NCBI GenBank assembly: GCA_038858525.1
Contig: JAWCFL010000003.1
Span: forward strand, 28,830-60,829
Source of the DNA: Candidatus Jordarchaeales archaeon
Lineage (GTDB): Archaea; Asgardarchaeota; Jordiarchaeia; Jordiarchaeales; Freyrarchaeaceae
Length of the DNA: 32,000 bases
Direction: 5' to 3'
The notes under the pieces were generated by a model, which did not search any database, was not told the DNA's origin, and saw nothing but the letters and a program-made list of their open reading frames with translations. The position numbers and the translations under genes are program-made. Positions 28,201-32,000 of the stretch are shown here, piece after piece. Every line of letters begins with the position of its first letter. Position 1 is the stretch's first letter.

Positions 28201-28696
28201 TTATGAAGTCGGCTACTATGACGGACACCGCTTGCTCGGTCCCCCCTGCCGATCTTATCGGTCCAGCGTAGTAAACGGCAAGGTAACTTGTGCCGTCAGG
28301 GTTACTTTTGATCTTAACCCCGGCGACTCCCTCTATTGGGGCGGCAGTAACGCTCTCTGTTAGGAGGGCTAGCGCCACTCTGAGGGCGATGTCTGCGGCT
28401 TCCTCTTCCGAGGAGAAACGGCAAAAGTGACCATAAACAACTTCTTCAGCTATCTTAAATGCAACCTCTTCTCTCGAGGCCTCTTTGAGTAATTCTCTTA
28501 TTCTCTCTCCAACGCCCTCAAGACCCGTTATGCCTTCAACCCTTGCTGCTATGTCCTTAGCCGGCTTAACCTCCGGCTCAGGGGAGGGATCTACTCCCTT
28601 AGCCTTGGCTCTGCTTGCAAGCTCGTAAAGCTTGTTAAACGAGTCTTCCAGAGACTTAAAGTAACCATTAATCCATTCCACTTCACCACTCATCAC
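25256..28696 (-). CDS. polC: DNA polymerase D large subunit DP2
   Basis: AGPIRSAGGT, FRLRYGRSRNTG, IGARMGRPEKA, KDGTIRFD, RRNCDGDED catalytic motif and zinc fingers. No intein. Confidence 0.97.
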   Translation of the reverse strand: MMSGEVEWINGYFKSLEDSFNKLYELASRAKAKGVDPSPEPEVKPAKDIAARVEGITGLEGVGERIRELLKEASREEVAFKIAEEVVYGHFCRFSSEEEAADIALRVALALLTESVTAAPIEGVAGVKIKSNPDGTSYLAVYYAGPIRSAGGTEQAVSVIVADFIRRLLHLERYKPSEEEVERYVEEIDLYERRVTHLQYPSSPQEVRLAARNLPVEVTGEPTDPFEVSGHRNLSRVETNQLRGGAILVLNDGIIGKAKKLKKLVEQIGLTGWEWLSELGKSKDKKEEEKKSEAISPSEKYLSDVVAGRPILAMPSAVGGFRLRYGRSRNTGLAAVGIHPATMVLLDGFLAPGTHIRTERPGKGAVVMPVDSIEGPVVRLKDGSVVKVESLQDAIALSGKVEKLLFLGDILVGFGEFLENNHVLLPSGICEEWWSQEVLLKVNQLGGPERVSQLLGLSEERLRLLLEKPFEVKPTAQEAVNISRKLKVPLHPRYTYNWQDVDIPSILELKEYVERFKVGSTIRAPISQRIKQLLETLCIPHKVDGNDLVLGEDETFILSACLAGGRPISHNSLLVYSANTPNSFVTALAGFPVKPKAPVYIGARMGRPEKADKRTLSPPVHVLFPVELKGGRERDVSKAAMNGVIKVEVSRRRCPECGNETFKIYCESCSCRTVQVMGCPKCGLPTSNGRCPSCGAEAKPYSRLTIDLKAELAAAMKNISMHSPPQTLKGVKGLSSATKLPEPLEKGLLRAKYGLYVYKDGTIRFDATDAPLTHFTPKEVFVPVEKLRTLGYTHDYKGVPLTEESQILELKPQDIVIPFKCASYFVKVAKFIDELLVKFYGQQPYYKVEKEEDLVGHLVIGLAPHTSAGILGRIVGFTKANVCLAHPYWHAAKRRNCDGDEDAIMLALDALLNFSKAYLPEKRGGMMDVPLIVTVFLNPLEVDSEAHNLDVSFSYPPEFFNATYSFPNPDEQARKLDIVAHRLGTPKQYYGLGFTHPTTNITAGPETTSYKKLKKMSEKIEAQLSLASKIRAVTEQDVAEKILQKHIIRDIVGNLKAFTTQSVRCLNCNKKYRRPPLKGVCTACGGKLVLTVHQATIEKYLPHALELIQRYNLKPYIVQRVKLVQDTLNLLFRKNEKQKQLTLTSM

Positions 28697-28713
28697 AAAC
28701 CACCATTATCAGT

Positions 28714-29940
28714 TCAGGAAGGCTTCTCTATGCATTCGGTTAATAAGTCTGCTATTAGAGGTAGGTCGAATACGTTCATTTTCAATTTCGGAAGGATAGA
28801 TAGCAGCTGTTTAAGTGTTGCCATTACCAGCAGGTTACATTTTTCGACCTTGAAATCTATTGCCCCGTGGGGGGTTGCTACTTCGCCGCCAGCCGAAAGC
28901 AAGTGCTGCTTTAATGCTAACGCCGCTGGCGTGGGAACATTTCCAAGAAATATCACACGGTGAACGCCTTTCTCAGACATAAGCTTGGAGCCGGCTTCGC
29001 TCACATTAACCACGCTCATTAATTCTTCGACGTCGTTCACATCATCGACCAGCCAACTTAAGTCGACAGCGAAATAGTCTCCATGCTCCACGACTCTAGT
29101 TTTTACACCTGAAATTGCTTGCGCTACGAGAGCAGCCTGTCTAGCCTCGGCAACGTCATGTGTCCTTATTACATCTGCGCCATTATAGACTGCAACCGCG
29201 GTGGCTGCTACTGAGCCTATAAGCCTGTCCTCGGGCTTAGGCAAACTGAGAATGCACCCTATAAAGTGCTTTCTCGAAACGCCGACCAGTAGGGGTTTAC
29301 GCAGAACCTTCAATCTTCGAAGACCCCTTAATAGTTCCAAGTCGCACTCATATGGCTTACCAAAACCAATTCCGGGATCCACAACGATCTTCTCCGGTGA
29401 TACACCCGCGTCCTCGGCTAGTTTTATACTCTCCTTAAGTGAGGTCCTCACTTCAGTTATGCTTCTTGCATCACCCGGCTTTTTAACGGTAGCCATCAAA
29501 ATGCATGATGCTCCAAAGTCCGCTACAATGGAAGCCATTCGTCCATCTTCCTTAAAGCCGCTCACATCATTGATTATTTCCGCCCCCTCTTTGAGGGCGG
29601 CCTCAGCTACCGAGGCTCTTCGCGTATCTACTGAGATAGGTAGACTTGTAACGTCCCTGAGCAACCTAACAGCACGTACAACACGCTCCAACTCTTCATT
29701 TTCAGACACTGGCTTTACTCCGTAAATCTCTGGGGGAGCGGATGATGCGCCGCCCACGTCAAGAAAAGAGGCGCCTTCCTTCTCTACTCTCAACGCATAT
29801 CTTTCAATCTCTTTTTCATCGGTAAAAACAGATCCCTTGTAGAAGGATTCAGGGCCTAAATTCATGACAGCCATTATTCTGATGGGGTAACCGTCACCGA
29901 CAGGAACACCACCCATAATGGAGAAACACCACTTCTTCAT
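28714..29940 (-). CDS. folP: dihydropteroate synthase (FolP-type) with C-terminal accessory domain
   Basis: IMAVMNLGPESFY, ISVDT, IINDVSG, DPGIGFGK, GVSRKHFIG and IRTHDV motifs, then an extra domain of about 120 aa. Confidence 0.88.
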   Translation of the reverse strand: MKKWCFSIMGGVPVGDGYPIRIMAVMNLGPESFYKGSVFTDEKEIERYALRVEKEGASFLDVGGASSAPPEIYGVKPVSENEELERVVRAVRLLRDVTSLPISVDTRRASVAEAALKEGAEIINDVSGFKEDGRMASIVADFGASCILMATVKKPGDARSITEVRTSLKESIKLAEDAGVSPEKIVVDPGIGFGKPYECDLELLRGLRRLKVLRKPLLVGVSRKHFIGCILSLPKPEDRLIGSVAATAVAVYNGADVIRTHDVAEARQAALVAQAISGVKTRVVEHGDYFAVDLSWLVDDVNDVEELMSVVNVSEAGSKLMSEKGVHRVIFLGNVPTPAALALKQHLLSAGGEVATPHGAIDFKVEKCNLLVMATLKQLLSILPKLKMNVFDLPLIADLLTECIEKPS

Positions 29941-30216
29941 AAAAACACCTTAAAAGGCGATAATTTCTTTAGATGCTTCACACTAATAAGTCTTCGTCTT
30001 TTTTAAAATTACTTTTAGAAGCGTGAGAACTATTGTATGCATTTATCCTCAAAGTGGATGAAGCTGCTGTTTTTATTGATGTTCAAAGCACTAGAAAACC
30101 AAAATCCTGCTAAAGCATCACTCTTTTAACATTAAAGTCAAAGGGTCCTAGGAGGGGACTGACACGATGTGACAAAAGATATTTAAGCAGCGAGTTATTA
30201 CTCACGCTTGAACAAC

Positions 30217-30232
30217 GATAAAAATTTAAATA
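30217..30232 (+). promoter_or_regulatory. putative BRE/TATA promoter for rpoA2-rpl30e-nusA
   Basis: GATAAAAA-TTTAAATA about 55 nt upstream of the rpoA2 start. Confidence 0.5.
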
Positions 30233-30282
30233 CTCTAGCGTTGGATTCTGATCTATCTCATTTTGCTGTAAGGGAAGAGTGA

Positions 30283-31769
<1,487 letters not shown>

Positions 31770-31773
31770 TTAA

Positions 31774-32000
31774 GTGGCTGGTCATGGTGTTAAATTGACC
31801 GCTGAAGAATTAAGGTATATTGCCCTTTTCGAGACTTTGACTGGAGCAACTGCCAAAGACTGCGTTGTGGACGCCGAAGATGGACGATTAATATTTGTCA
31901 TCAAGCAGGGTAACCTCGGAATGGCAATAGGAAAGCGTGGAGCTAACATTAAGAAGGTTCGAAGCGTTCTGGGCAAGCAAGTTGAGGTTGTAGAGTATGC
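31774..32000 (+). CDS. nusA: archaeal NusA-like KH protein (partial, runs off the right edge)
   Basis: GTG at 31774 gives MAGHGVKLTAEELRYIALFETLTGATAKDCVVD...MAIGKRGANIKKVRSVLGKQVEVVEY; canonical position after rpl30e. Not in the supplied ORF track. Confidence 0.93.
   Translation, partial: MAGHGVKLTAEELRYIALFETLTGATAKDCVVDAEDGRLIFVIKQGNLGMAIGKRGANIKKVRSVLGKQVEVVEY

Noticed and set aside
25256-28696. Intein in PolD DP2
   Set aside because: The usual insertion site RRN/CDGDED is contiguous and the protein length is normal.
25128-29725. Many 60-170 aa ORFs antisense to or inside DP2 and folP (and similar ones elsewhere in the track)
   Set aside because: They fully overlap well-supported genes and have no recognisable motifs.

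Overview
Archaeal chromosomal window. It encodes PolD, a split RNA polymerase A'' and tetrahydromethanopterin (H4MPT) biosynthesis genes, and its tRNAs carry many introns. This fits a probably thermophilic Asgard or TACK lineage such as Jordarchaeia/Freyarchaeia or Bathyarchaeia; the taxonomy is an inference. The standout feature is a stand-alone, circularly permuted 5S rRNA gene on the minus strand (2309-2430). The 3' half comes first and is joined to the 5' half by a cUACGg tetraloop that caps helix I. The flanks form a 14-bp stem plus a bulge-helix-bulge/loop motif whose standard cut sites rebuild the conserved CCGAACACGGA|AGUCAAGCC sequence exactly, predicting a 122-nt circular 5S rRNA made by the tRNA splicing machinery. 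The three tRNA genes (Gly-CCC, Ala-UGC, Val-CAC) carry six introns, all at non-canonical positions. Other content: a thiolase/DUF35 pair; a 7-gene minus-strand pterin operon (RFAP synthase, DUF1464, DmrX, DHPS-like, MptA, two nucleotidyltransferases); CitG; topoisomerase VI B/A; PolD DP2; a FolP with its accessory domain at the C-terminus; and rpoA2-rpl30e-nusA detached from rpoA1. No CRISPR array, IS element or intein was seen. Family assignments are from motif recognition, not database searches.
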